A stretch of DNA of 64,000 nt. Origin: Rhina ancylostomus. Taxonomy: Eukaryota. Below are positions 26,912 to 41,900 of the stretch, one piece after another. The notes below the pieces were generated by a model. The model ran no database searches. It saw nothing but the letters and a program-made list of their open reading frames with translations, and was not told the DNA's origin. Numbering within the stretch: the stretch's first letter is position 1; every line of letters begins with the position of its first letter. The position numbers were made by a program, and so were the translations under genes. The DNA is taken from positions 46,785,333 through 46,849,332 of the forward strand of contig JARFYF010000007.1 of the NCBI GenBank assembly GCA_030265395.1. Reading direction: 5' to 3'.

Positions 26912-29900
26912 TTTGAAAGGAACCTCACTAACTGTAACCAAGTCCGTAACACAAAGCCAAACCAACAAAAGATAAGTCTTCGAATAACACCCCTTACGAA
27001 GTTGGAATGAGATTAAAATAAATTTTTGACCCCGGGTGGTGACTATCCCAGAGTGCTGTGGAGATTAAATCATTGAATTCAGTCACTCCAGGGATCAATA
27101 GATTTCTGGATATTAAGGATTTGAGGGATATGGGGACTGAGCAGGAAAATGGTGTTGAAGTAAAAGATCAGCCATGATCTTGATGAATAGCACAGCAGGC
27201 TTGAAGGGTCAAATGGCCTCCTCCCACTCCTCCTCCTCATTTTCTTTCTTTGTTCCTCAGATAATTCAACAGATTTTCTGAATGTCAAACTGTCACAGTG
27301 GGGAGATAGAGGTTAGTTTCAAGAGCAAAGGGTGATTGGAAGTCTTGCTTTGTAATTTTATATCTGGATCTAATGATTTATTCTCAATTTTTTTGTATGG
27401 AGGACTTTTGTAAATACTGATACACTGTCATGGTACTCTCCTACCCGAAAGGCTGTGCCAGTGCTTCAAGGATGGACAAAAAACATATTATTAATATTGT
27501 CAAAATAAACAAAGGGTTATCTTAATCTAATCCAACTAATAAACCTAATCCAATTGGGAATGGCTTTCTACATCTCTTTCAATTTTGCAATCCTTGATGG
27601 ATCATTTATACTGCACTTGCCTGCATAGGAAATGCAGTGGGCAGACAAGCACTATGCTGATGATGAATACTCTGTATTTAACTATTTCCAGCTCAGCCAT
27701 CTCCCTCTGTCCTGTGGGCGTGAAAATACTGAGGCCAAAATTAAGATCAGTGAACATCTCAGCAAGTACCTATGACATTATAATTATTCTTGGAGCTCTA
27801 ACGAGTAACATGTACTCTTCAAAATTGTCTTCAGATTTTTGGCACTTAATTCAATGTTGCTTTTAATTCCTTTACAGTAATTCTGAGATTTTCTTCAAAA
27901 AAAGTGCAGATAGAATAGGAGGAGAATACTGGAAAGTGCGATATGTTGAATATGTTGATGAAACATTTAGCACTAGGAAAAATCGATTACCAGAGGAGAA
28001 ACATCTAGGAATACTTGGTACGATACATGATTTACTTTTGAAATGATGTTTTTATTACTTGAAAATAATCAAAAATGAGAATATTTTTATTACTTGTTTG
28101 TTAGGCCCAGTGATCAAAGCTGAAGTTGGAGACACCATTATTGTTACTTTTATGAATAATGCAGATCGTGCCTACAGCATTCAGCCTCATGGGGTGTATT
28201 TTACCAAGGAGTTTGATGCAACAAACTATGTTGATGGTAAAGTAATACATCACGTTCTGTTGAGGAGTTTCTTTCTTTATATGTTGCACTTTTATTTTAC
28301 ACTTTACATATTAGAATAATGTTTACAAAATTAATAATTGTCATCAATCCCCTTTCTTCTCCTTACAATCGTAGGTTGAAATTGAATCTTCAATATCTTA
28401 GTCTTTAGTTTGATGGGGTCAGCTGGAGTCGCTCATGATAATGGAGTTGGGAAATAAAACATAAATCAATTACACCTGACCCCTATTTGTTTTAGGCACC
28501 ACTCCATTCCTGGGCAATTACTTATTTTCCTGACTAAATTTGGGCACATATGGGTGGGATCCGGGGGGGAAAATGTGGATTTCATATTATAGTAAGGGAA
28601 AGAATTTTTAGCAGCCAAAACTTAACTATTGAACATAAATGCTGCAAATGTAAAACATTTGTGCCTGTAGTGAATATGAGTATGATAGTGTACTGCTGAA
28701 GTGCATTCAGGCAGTGTTTACACATTAAACAATAATACTATTCAGACCGACACCTCTGTCATGTTGGGACCTTGGTTTGAGGGGTCCAGTTAAATGTGTA
28801 CATTCATCAGCCCTCTTTCCCCCACTCCAATCTCCTCCCATCTATCAGATCTCCTTTCCCCTATTGATCCCGTTCTGATCATTTGTTCTTTTACCTTGGC
28901 TATCTTGTCCGAACCCTCACCCTCTCCCACCTCTCTCAATGTGTAATCTACATTTTCACATTGGTTTTATCCAGGAGCATATGCAATTGCTGTACTGGGT
29001 GCACGTGTAGGTCCAGTGGGGAGTGGCAGGAGAATTGGAGTGAACAGGATGATGTATAGGTTACCTCAGCAATTATACAAGTGCAATTGGACATGTGCCA
29101 GCATTGAATCTGTAGAACAACAGCTCCTAGGAAATTCTTATTTCTGGAGGAGACTACAGTAGTCATTCTGCTGAGCTCTCCACAAGGTATTTCATAACTG
29201 GGAGGACTCTGCAGAATGTATTGTTTACCCATAGACAGTACCTCATCTGGGTACTGTCTCTGACTAAAGGGGATATGCTGTTAGCCTGTCCTACCCTATT
29301 AGTAAAGCCTGGGATAGATATCTAAGGCTGATGCTCAAAACTAGCCAAGTAAAGGGAGGGAGGAAAGGGGCTATGCTCCAAGGTCCAAGGAACTACTGGA
29401 CAATGAAAAGATGGCAGAATGAGGTCCTCAGACCAGACTACAAATCAGAATGGTTTAAGAGGTTGACCAACTTTAAGAGTAGTTGTATTAGTAATTTGGG
29501 TTTTTACGAACTTTACTTCTTACTTAACCCTGTAAAACAAGTCCCATGTCGTTTGTAGGCCAGGTCTCATTTAACTGAGTAAGCAGAAAGAGTAGTTCAT
29601 TATGGTTCATTATAGCATCTTAACGGCTGAGAGCCAGCATGGGATTTGTGATGTGCAGTTAAGTTTGTGCTAATTGCTGGGCACCAGTTATAATGATCCA
29701 TCTCCTCTGTGCACCCCACCTGATTCAAACTGCAAATAAAAATTTAAAAATAGTTGTGGAATAAGGCCATTTTTAAAATTCTCTTTAAATTGAAATGTTA
29801 AGGTTTTGAAAGAAATGGCTCATACGTTGAGCCTGGAACATCCTTCACCTATAAGTGGACTGTGCCACAGCATGTTGGACCTACAGTAAATGATCCACCC

Positions 29901-32900
29901 TGCCTGACTTGGATGTACTACTCAGCCACCAATATAGTGGAGGACACCAATTCTGGCCTTATTGGACCATTGATTGTCTGCAGGCAGAACACATTAAATC
30001 AAGACGGTTCACAGGTATTTTATATTAGAATTTGTTTTTAACTTTTTTTAAGTAGGTTTATTTCCTTTTCATCAGATTTATTGGTATAACTTTTTCTTTC
30101 ACCTGCAAGATCCTGCCGTGTTTTCATCTGTCTTTTCTATTTTTTGACATATGTGATATAGATTGTTTTAAATGATTTAATGCTTACGTAGATCTACTAG
30201 CACAAACAGAACCTCAGGTAAACAGAATCACATATGAGAGAACACTTAAGAATAAGCTGCACTAAATGAGCATAGGGAAATCTAGCAAAACAATATACTG
30301 TGCTCTGTATATTGCTTTGCTTTTTTTTAAACTTTAAATTGTATTCTGGGTAACCACAAGGAGCTGGAACTTCAAGTGCAAGGTCAGCAGGAAACCTTAT
30401 CTCACAAATTTGATTTGAGTTTTCTGAAGAGGTGACCCAGAGGATTGATGAGGGCAGGCAGCAGCTGTTGTCTACATGGACTTCAGCAAGGCCTTTAACA
30501 TGGTAGGCTGGTCCAGAAGATTAGATCACATGGGATCCAGGGTGAGTTAGCCAATTGGATACAAAGTTGGCTTGGTGGTAGGAGTCAGAGGATGGTAGTG
30601 GAGGATGGTTTTTCAGATCGGAGGCCTGTGACCAGCAATGTGCCACGAGGATCGGTACTAAGTTCATTGTTGTTCGTCATCTATATTAATGATTTAGATG
30701 AGAATGTAGTTGGCATGGTTAGTAAGTTTGCAGATAAGTTGGTATAGTGGATAGTGAAGAAGGATATGTAAGATTATAACAGGATCTAGATTAAGTGGGA
30801 AAGTGGACCAAGGGATGGCAAATGGAGTTTAAGTCAGAAAAGTGTGAAGTGTTGCATTTTGGTAAATTAAAACAGGGCAGGAGTTGCACAGTGAATGGCT
30901 GGGCCCTGGAGAGTGTTGTAGAACAGAGAGACCCAGGGGTACAAGTATATAGTTCCCTGAAAGTGGCGACACAGGTAGACAGGGTGGTGAAGAAGGTGTT
31001 TGGCATGTTTGCCTTCATCAATTGGGGCACTGAGTACAAAAGTTGTGACCTTCTGTTACAACTGTACAAGAGGTTGGTAACACCATTCATGGAGTATTGT
31101 GTGCAGTTCTGGTTGCCATATGTTGGAAGAATGTGGTTAAGCTCAACATGGTGCAGAAAAGATTCCCAAGAATGTTACAGGGACTGGAGGGCTTGAGTTA
31201 TAAGGATAGGCTGGGGCTCTTTCCCTGGAGAGTAGAAAGTTGAGGAGTGACCTTATAGAGGTTTATAAAATCATGAGAGGGATAGATAAGGTGAATGGTC
31301 AGTCTCTTCCCCCACAGTAGGAGAGTCTGAAACTGCAGGGTATAACATTTAAGGTCAGAGGGGAAAGAATTAAAGGGGACCTGAGGAGCAACTTCTTCAC
31401 ACAGAGGGTAGTGGGTACGTGGAACGAGCTGTCAGAGGAAGTGATTGAGGTGGGTGCAATTACAAGGTTCAAAAGGCATTTAGACAGGTACACGGATAGG
31501 AAAGGTTCAGAGGGATATGGTCCAAATGCAGGCAAATGGGACGAGTAGGCAACTAGGTCAGCATGGGTGAGTTGGGCTGAAAGACCTGTTTCCTTGCTGA
31601 ATAACTGTAACTCTGAGAATAGCAGCAACCTGGAATTATCCTGAATCTAAGAAGCTGAGAATGAGTGTGACCCTGATCTCCATGGACTAAATGGCCAAGA
31701 CTCACATGGGTTGTATTTGAGGCCCTCGGAAGTCAGAGGTCTCAGTGGGGACAAAGGATGCAGTGCTAGCCCTTTAAATGGGGTTAGTAAAACTTGGCTG
31801 TTCTATGAGTAAATAAGAACCACCATTTTTCAGATAAGTGAAGTTGAAAATTTCACTGCAGATGAATTTTGCATGTTGCACTCATGTTTGGGGGAGTTTT
31901 ATGCCAGAAAAATGGTGGTAGAGAAAATTAAAATCGCTTGACGGACTCTAAGGCACCCAGGAATGTATTGCTGAACTGCTCTATTCCAGGATAACCTGAT
32001 TTTCATTGCACAGCTGTATTATTTTTGGAGTTATGTGAATGAATTTGTGGCCCTGTGCCTTCAAATAGTCTCAAAAATAAAGGCTTTACTCAATTAATCT
32101 TTCAAATATCTGACTTTCTTTTAAACTTTTTGTCAGCTTCTGTCTGTCTAAGCATTTACTTCATGCTGACATCACGTCTCTGGGTAGAACCTGAACCCAC
32201 ACTTCTCTGACTGAGGTGAGAGTGAAGACACTTGAGCCCATCTGATGGGTTATGTCACCCAAATGTTGTACACACTGTACCGGTCTGTTCCTGGATTTTC
32301 CACAGACACGTAGCCAATGCTTATTCAGCAGAGGGAAAAGGTTGTGGATGATGAAAGTGAAGTTGTTTTGGACGGGAGGCATCACAGTTTTCCCAAATAC
32401 CCTGCAGAAGTTAACCGCAGGATGCATTTTAAATGTTTTCAGTATGTTTAGTAGCTGTTTCACTGATGGTTCATCCAGGAAATATAGCTAAGTATTAGTC
32501 AGGAAGGAAGGCCCATGTGCATTAAGCCAGATTTAGCATTTATGAACATTGATTTGATTTTGGACACAACACTGCGAACATGTGTTGGTTTAATGATTGT
32601 CCTTAATGTTGTTAAGTTTGGGCTTCTGAGGGTTTCATGTTTTGACTCTAATAATTACATGCTGTTCATTACCCAATAGGGGTTAGCAATGGTGGAGCCA
32701 GTGGGAAAACCTTTCTTTGCACTAAATATGCATGGGCTGTTCTGACCCACATAAAGCCTTGGGCCATGTGCCTGACAGACCTCCCCTGTAGGTTGTCTTG
32801 CACAAATTGCCCTGGGCTTTCCTGCAGCACAAGCTTTCCGGACATTGTACAAACAGAAACATAGAAAACCTAGAACTGCTGGCTTCAAGTACCCAGTAGC

Positions 32901-35900
32901 AGGAGGAATTAAACTTCATTGTGTCTGCAATGCCACATTGAGTTAGATTGAGCCAATATTATAAACTACCTTTAGATAAAATCTAGTTGTGATGGAAGAA
33001 GTTTGACATCAGGTAGACTAAGAATATAGTGGGAAAAGGGAGGAAGGGTGGGAGTGGAGTGAGAGAAGAATAAATTGATGACTGGCTATTACAAAGATAA
33101 CATCAAGTTAATATTTATGCAGATCCTGCTGCTTCAGCTCTCCCTGTACATGTGGAAAATATGTTGGAATGCACAATATTGTTATTTAGTTAAGCTGACC
33201 ATGGCACAAATGGCAAAGTCAGTTGATTTATAGGTGTAGGAGCGTTGGTGTACTCCATTTCTCAAAAGGGATTAAATGCCATTAAGTGCCATATGCTGTT
33301 AATCTATCCCTAACCTGTCAAAGTACTTGACCATGTAGTTTTTCTGTATGCTTCACTTGGCCAGTTCAGTGTGATTTGAATGTTTAAGAGCAAAGCAGCT
33401 TTCAATCCCAGCTCCCTATCATTCCTTCAAATAGCGTTAAATGGCAGTGGCCCTGTGCCAAACTCCCCAGCCCCCTCTTGATCTATGGTATCTTCTCTAC
33501 TTTTTATTGACTTGGGCAATTTACAATCAATATTCATGTTCTACAAACTTTCCTGCTTTTCTGTATCTTCTTACCTTTAAATTAGACAATTATGTGGCAA
33601 AGTTTACAATATCATTTTGTGAATGAAGTGCCTTTGGAAATCCAGGAGAGTTCAAAAGTTCTGGGCAGAAAGGTGAGTGGTTAGTGCTTTAACCACTCCT
33701 CCTCTCTTGCCCAGTGATGGGCAGGAGAGATTTGGGTAGGGGGAGCTAAGAACATTAAGGTGGGGTATTTCCACATGCACCCACTACTTTATAACACTGA
33801 TGCATTTTCTGTTCACTACCTGCCTGTCCCACTCTGGAGGATAGGACATCTCATTAACATCTTCAAACCTGGCTTGCAGAGAGGTAGCTCTGAAATTCAC
33901 TGCTTTAGTGTAGTGTCCTGAGGTTTGGGTATTCAACAGTAAAAGGACAACAATGCAAATTAGATACATTTATCATACTCCCTGTGAGTTAAGAGGAACA
34001 GGAGTGCCTTTCCTTGGCTCCTCAAGGATGTCTTTGGCCTCCCCTCTGTCAGATGATGTCTTCCTTCATGTTCCACCATGATCATTGACCATCTCCCAAT
34101 TCTTTGTTGTCAGGGGCACTCTCCATGGGTCCCAGGCTGGATTCATTTCCTCTGCAGCCACAAGACAGGCTTTCAGTTTGCTGGCTGCTGGGAGGGCAAA
34201 AAAATCCCAAAAAAAAGAAGCCTGCTGAGATTTTTTGCTTGAGTCTCCTCCCCTTCTGCATGTAGATGTCAGGGAATTGGACTCCATTAACACAGTGATT
34301 TAACTTGGAACAAGTGGTTCTTTCAAATCTCTGTGCATTTAATCAATTATTTAATGTTTGTCAATCAGCTTTGGCAAGACCAATGATATAACATGTTTTT
34401 CATGGGACTACACTGTGAATGAATGTCACATCAGACATCAGCAAAGTGGGACTGAGTTCTACCCATTCCTCTTAGCCCTTAGAAAACTTGAAGGAGATAC
34501 AAAGGACAAATATTAATTGTTTTGGACAGAGATGGCAACCTTTTAAAATCAGTAGATATGAATAATAAACTTTATCTGGTGATTATTGAGCACTATAGTT
34601 TATTGTAGCAGTTACAAAGTTGTGATTTTTTTTTACAAGGAGGATATTGTTTAAAAATATTGTGAATTATGTGGAGTTTGTGTGATTCTTTGGCATGGAA
34701 GATTCATAATTTGTAATATCTTTTAGAGGACCAAGTCATATTTTTGTTCTTTTACAATGGGATGTTTTTGGTAGAGCATATTGCACTGTAAAATCCTTCA
34801 ATCATTTTTAAATTATGTTTAATTGACTATTGAATATAGATCAATTTTTTTCCACAATCCCGGAATTCTTTTAGGAGGAGAGAATCTTATAAACTATTAT
34901 TCCTAATTTTCCAGGGTTTTGATTGCTCTTTGTTTGTAGCATCATGGTTCTCACCTCCAAGAAGTTGTTGTTTTCCTGTTTTATGTACATTGAATGAATC
35001 AGCTCCATCTCCATGGCATGAGACTGCATTGAGTCTACCTTTTAGTTTGGATTTGTCATTTTCTTTTCTTAACCCCACTGTAGTATGAGCCAAGGTTAGA
35101 TTTCTGATTATAGTGATAAATTTGAGCATTTTTTCAGTAGATCTGGGCAAAGCATTTTCAGCTCTATAATAACCAAATGTAATTAAAACTTGCAATGCCT
35201 TTGCTTGAAAATCAGCCCATAATGTCTTGTATCTTTGATCCTGTATCTTATGTTAATATGTGGTACCGTAATTTTGTTTCTCATTTGGAGAATTATGTTT
35301 GTTTACAAGTTTCCATAAATTTCAGTTTAAAAATACACTTTCAAAAAATGAGATTTCTTTTTCTTTTTGTAGAAAAATATTGACAAGGAGTTTTACCTGT
35401 TATATACAGTCTTTGATGAGAATCTTAGCTGGTATCTCTCAAAGAATTTGGAGACGTTTATTCAAAATACTTCTAATGTTGACTTGAAGGATGAAGAATT
35501 TCAAGAATCAAACAAAATGCATGGTGCGTGGTTATTGTCATATTTACATACCATGTTGGGCTTTGCCATTCTCTATTCAAATTTGAGTGGCTCTCATTTT
35601 AAGGATGTATTCATTGAGGATGATCAGTATTTCACATACATTTCTCATAAGCCTCCTGCATCACTGGCAAATACTCGTTTAATTGGTGATACAAGAGGAA
35701 ATGATGTTTTCTTTAAAGTATGATTTCATTTCAATACCTCAGTGGATGAATGTTCCATATGGCATGCTACAAAACCTTGCAGGGACTAAGGTTCTTGTTT
35801 GATTCCTTTACCGTTTTGAGATAGCAGTTGATGAAATGATTCAGAATTTTGAGAATCTCTGGCTTAGTGTGAGAGCAGAATAAATCTGTGAGATGACTAA

Positions 35901-38900
35901 TTGGTGACCTCTGGTGGATAGTGCAGGTGTAACAATTTGGTAGTAATCATGTTTCCTGAACACACACTGCAAAATGATATACTAGTACACACTGCTAGCT
36001 TACATGAGAGAAAAGGACACAGTACTAGAGGGCTGGCATTACCCAGTCAGCCCAAATGTAGAATTGAGGAGAGAGGAGAGGCAGAGGGGATGCTGGTAAA
36101 TATTGCCATGTTGCCTCACTGTTACAGACTGGTGTGTGATCTGTGACTCCTGCGTAAACAATCAGGTCAACCTTTCAAAATTGCTAGTTCAGGAAACATC
36201 AAACCAGACAAACATTCACTTACATTGAATAAAATGTTAATTTATCATTTTAGTAATTAAGTTTATTTCACTATAATTCTGTTGCTTGCTGTATCTTTGT
36301 TCCTTGGTTTAGTGTGATGGTCATTAGGGAACTTGTAACTCGTGTAAGATGTAGTCTGATGAAATCAAGTGTTTTGATTCCATCATGTCATGTTTATTTA
36401 CAATGCATCCTTAATTTAGCTGTGTTTCTCTGATAGTGAGGCTGACTAATGAAATACAAAATTCTTTAATTGAACCAAAGCATTGAACAAACTGCAGAAA
36501 ACTGATATGGAATTCAATGGACATCAATCTATAGACCCTATTTTATGCCTTACTTGTTCAGTAATACAATGCAAAAAAAAACCTTTCGTTGTCTAGTACT
36601 GAACAACAGTCACCAATACATTTTTGGGACTGAAGTCAGTGGGTTGTGAAATGGACTACCAATTCAATGTCAGTTTTAGGCCACAAATTGGATCCCTAAA
36701 GTAGTAAATATTATGGATTTTTTTAAACTGTGTTATATTGTTTAATATCCCTAATGTAAAATTATGATATTCATTTTCTAGCTATTAATGGTTACATGTT
36801 TGGTAATCTGCCTGGACTGGTGATGTGCAAGGGTGACAATGTTTCATGGCATTTGATTGGACTGGGCACTGAAATCGACATGCATGGTGTTTACTTTCAA
36901 GGCAACACAATCCAACTGAAAGGGACAACCCGTGACGTGTTCAATCTGTTTCCTCATACTTCTGCAACAGCCTTCATGCAGCCTGATGATGTTGGTAAGA
37001 GTTCGCTCTTCATCCTCCCCCCTCCACTGAACTAGCAGTTTGAGCACACTATCCATATTTTTAATGAATAAATCTTTGTAACTGAGGAATTGCCAACTTG
37101 CTGGTAAAGGGAAGAGGACATGGATTAGCTTTGGATTTCGCCAGGACAAATCCAGCAGAGATCCTTCTGTGCTGTAAGCTATGTTTTGCACTGGCCTCGT
37201 ATACAGATTTTTTTCCAAAATGCAATTTCATATATAAAGCATTGAGCTGGTTGACTGATCTCATTTGGGAATCACCCGAGTCAACTCTGCACCCCTGGGA
37301 GTTGTATGGGGAGATGTGGCAGGTTTCAGGTGGCATATTACAAAGCTCATCCCTGGAACACCCTGACAGCGGCAAGGCTGGGGGTGTAGCCTCATTTTTA
37401 ATGAAACTCGGGCATTTATAAGAGTTTTAAATTTCACTGATATTTAAAGACATTTAAAAACAATTAACATTCTTCAAATAATTAAATATTATTAATTAAA
37501 AAGTTTAAAAAAAAAGAGTAAAGACATATATTCCTTCTCATCAGGATCTTGATTCTATGTTAGATCTGGTTGGCACAGAACTGCTGAGACAGTTTCATTG
37601 TGGTAGTGTGGGGGAATCCCAGAACATATGAGCTCCACTGTCAGACTCCACATGGAATCCAGTGACCAAGAGGAGTGATGGATATGCTGTCATCTGTTGC
37701 GTAACTCTTCCCAGACCGGCTCTATGTAAGCTGAGGATGTACTTTCCTGGGAGCAGCTGAATGCCAGTGGTTCCTTTAGAATGGAACTACAGCACAGTTT
37801 CTATTTGAGAGACTGGCAACTATCAAATCAAAATGCAATCAGCAGAATGGACATTCTGAGAATTTAATTAGTGAGTGTGAGGATGAGGGAAATAGACCAG
37901 AATTACACCTTCAATATCCCAATTCAAGCTTTGAAGCCATATAAGATCACACTTCAAAATTCTCTACTGTTAAACTTTTCAGTTATAGTTATTATTAATT
38001 TAACTTATTTTTTNNNNNNNNNNNNNNNNNNNNNNNNNNNNNNNNNNNNNNNNNNNNNNGGGTGGAATGAAACATTTGTATCACGTTACAAACTGCAATA
38101 AAAGTATCCCAGACCAGACGTTTGGGATAATCCGAACATATTACATCGCAGCAGTGGAGATGGAATGGGACTATTCACCCGACAGGAGTTGGGAGCTGGA
38201 AAGATTCAATACAACTGAAGAAGAAAGGTGAATCCTTTCATTTAGTTCTTTCATAAAAATCAGAACACTCAAATATTTGCAATGAAATCTGACTTGCTTC
38301 TAAAACTAGAGAATGTTTCTTTCTGCCAATATACTTGCATTAAAGTAGGTTTTATAAAAGTGCTGTCAATGCCATTGTCAGTATATGCTCCGATTAGTGA
38401 AGCTCCACACTGGTAAAATCTGTAAAGCAAACACTTCCCAGTGTTCTTAAATATACTATCATTTTGCAGATGTTTTCAGATCACATGTGTAACTTGGCTG
38501 TCTCTCTGAACCCTGCCAAATACCTGAAGCCAACTTCCTCACCATCAGCTTAAGTTAGTATCCCTACTCCGTCCTTTTCCACAACAAAAAAAAGGGAGCT
38601 CTCAATGATGGAGAACCCACCCCCTCAGCTGCCTTGATCTTTTAACCCCTCTCAACCCCACTTGCATGTGTATCAAGGCCATCCTGCCCAGGTGCCCTTT
38701 TGCTCAGCTCTGGGCAAAGTGACAAGCCCAGCTTGTTATTCTCTGGGCTCTCTGCTATCTTTGCTCATTCCCTGTCTGGTAAAACCAGCCTCTTGTTCTC
38801 TAGACACCAATCCCAATAAACTGCCGACTTCATAATTTGTAGTCTGCATAGTTTAATGCAGAGTCTCAACCCGAAATGTCAACAATTCCTTTCCCCTCAA

Positions 38901-41900
38901 GGATGCTGCTCGACGCGCTGAGTTCCTCTAGCAGTTTGTCTTTTTTCATGCCAATTGCTATTCTCAGCTCATCTGACATCATAATCTATCCATCTCTAGT
39001 CTCCCTTTCAATTCTATAGTGCTTGAAAATGTTATTTTTTTCTTGAATTTGTTCCTATTTTACCTGCAGCTTAACTTTTTGAATCTGCGCAATCAACTTC
39101 CATTGTGTTGCACCACCAAAATGACCCTAATTACAATTACAAATGACTTCTTCTGTGGTTGGGCACATTAAGCTCCTTCAAGCTCTCTGTAGCCTTTGAC
39201 ATGTCAACCAGGCCATTCTCCAACACGCATCCTCCATTATAAATTTTGGTGGGAAATTGTCACTTTGTTCAACTCACGATCACAGAAAATCTTTAGCAAT
39301 CACCTCTTTTTTTAAAATCTCTACACCATTAACTCTGGAGCTCCTCAATCACCTAAGATTGTCCTTCTGCCTGATTTACATGATAGCCCTTGATTCATAA
39401 ATGTAAGATCAGATTCTGCTTGTATACTTAGAACACCCAGCATTACTACTGCACTCGCTCCCTTGACCACTATACTGCCTTAGACTACTCTTCCATCTTT
39501 GTTACAGTTCCATCTACCTAAACACTGTGGAAAACTGAAGTCACTATCTTTGGCTTCTTGCATCTCATTAACCCATGCAAATGATTCCATTCCCCTGCAG
39601 CTGCTGTCACAGGCTGAACTAGACAGTACACATCCTCGCTGTCCTCCTTTGTTCCAAGCTGATCTTCTTTTAAAAATTTTATTTACAACGTGGTAACAGG
39701 CCCTTCTGGCCCAATGAGTCCGCGCCGCCCATTTTAAACCCCAAATTAACCTACCTATATGTCTTTTAGAATGTGGGAGGAAACCGGAGCACCCAGAGGA
39801 AACCCACGCAGACACAGGAGAATGTTCAAACTCCTTACAGGCAGCGGCGGGAATCGAACCCTGATCGCTGGTGCTGTTAGAGCGTCGCGCTAACCGCTAC
39901 GCTACTGTGCCACCCCATTTCCTCCATGATAAAAGGCTCACCTCTCTGCCATCCTTCCTTTAGCTCTACCTTTTCTCATTTTCTGCTGAAATCTTTTCTC
40001 GCATCCAGACTAATTCATACAGTCCTGGATGGCTTGCAGTTGTGGATCCAAATCTAGGTGGAAGGATCACAGGGCTACATCAGAAACTCAGGACCAGTTA
40101 GAGAGGTAGTGCCTGGGGCATTCAGGGGGTTGGGGAAAGAGAGGGATAGTGCCTTTGGTGGATGGGTGGGCAGTTGCTCAGGCCTGGGGGTAGGGTCTGG
40201 AAGTGTGAGAAAGAAGGTACTTGAGCTCAGGAGAATTCCTAGCCCAGTGCTGGGGCCTCCTGAGGGAATGGCACTTTCAAAACATGAAAGTTCTGAGAGT
40301 GCCCAACAATGTCAGAAAATTGTGGCCCAACCTGCTGAGTATCTCCAGCATTTTCTGTTTCCATGTCAAATTTCCAGTATTTAGTTTTTTGTTATTCTAA
40401 GAAAGGGTATTTGTGCAAGGGGACAGGTCATGCCAGCAAAGGAACTGATATGGCAACTAGAATCCTGGTCTTCATAAAAGCCACCCTAAGCCCATATAAA
40501 TAATATTTGGTCCCAGGTGGAGATTTGTGTCCAATTCTGGGCCCCACACTTCATGAAGGATTGATGACTTTGAAGAGGGCCAGCTGAGATATTCTGGAAT
40601 GGGCAAGGGACAGTTTTATGGATAGGCTGAAGAGGCAAGAATTGCTCTCCTTAGAACAGAGAAGCCTAAGAGAAGGTTTGAGGACGGTGTTTAAAATCAT
40701 GAGTTATTCAGATAAATGAGGTGAAATTTACTTAGGAATTTAAAACTGACTGGTAATGCTGAATATACTTTTGGTATATAGTAGAGATGGCTCATCATAT
40801 TCACTTTCACTTAAGTTTGCCCTGTGACAGCAGGAGACATGCAGTGTAAGCAGAACAATATGAGAGTCTGAATGTAATGCTGATTTTAAAGCCCCAGTGT
40901 CATTTTGAAACTTCTTGCTCTAAGCACCTCATGCTGATCAACTGAACATGAGGTTCGACAGCAAGAGGAATCACCCACCAATGCTCTTTAAAGGGATCAC
41001 ACAATGTTTGGAAGTTTGTGGCCAGGTCACTATTCTGAGTATTGGTAAACTTTTAGACATTTTTAAAATCTTTCCCATACTTCATTCTTCTACAGCAGTG
41101 ATCTTGGTCAAAGTACTCTGATCATAGAATTTTTAACTAGATGTAGGTACCCTGCTGGGACTTCCTCAAGGAAGAGTTTCTCTGGTGCTGAGAGAATGAA
41201 TAAGGCCATGTAGTCCAAGGAAAGCTGAAAGAAAGGGAGGAGGAGGATTTCCAGTGAGAGGCCAGATTCTTTGATGGAATCCAGTGAACAATTCCATACT
41301 GCAAGTTCAGTAAGGACCAACATATGACGTGCATTCACTTCACAAAGTCACTGAAGTATGTCCACCACCGTCACTTCAGAATGCAGCAAACGAAGCATTG
41401 GCTACAGATTGAAATTGAAATTGGTTTATTATTGTCACATGTACCAAGGTACAGTGAAAAACTTGTCTTGCATGCCGTTCATACAGATCAATTCATTACA
41501 CAGTGCATTGAGGTANNNNNNNNNNNNNNNNNNNNNNNNNNNNNNNNNNNNNNNNNNNNNNNNNNNNNNNNNNNNNNNNNNNNNNNNNNNNNNNNNNNNN
41601 NNNNNNNNNNNNNNNNNNNNNNNNNNNNNNNNNNNNNNNNNNNNNNNNNNNNNNGGGAACAGTCGTATAACAGCAGGATTGAAGCTGTCCTTGAGCCTGA
41701 TGGTACATGCTATAGATACCTATATGTTTAAATCCCTGATTTTATTTTTGTATATACGTTTCTCTTTCCATGCAGGCTAGCCTTTGGAGATGGAAGCAAT
41801 ACCTCATCATTTCAAGTTGTTGTGCAGCAAAAGAATCACTCTCACAATCCGTTCTCAGCTTGAGAAGGAATGTATTTATTCAGTCAATCTGCAGAAGGGA

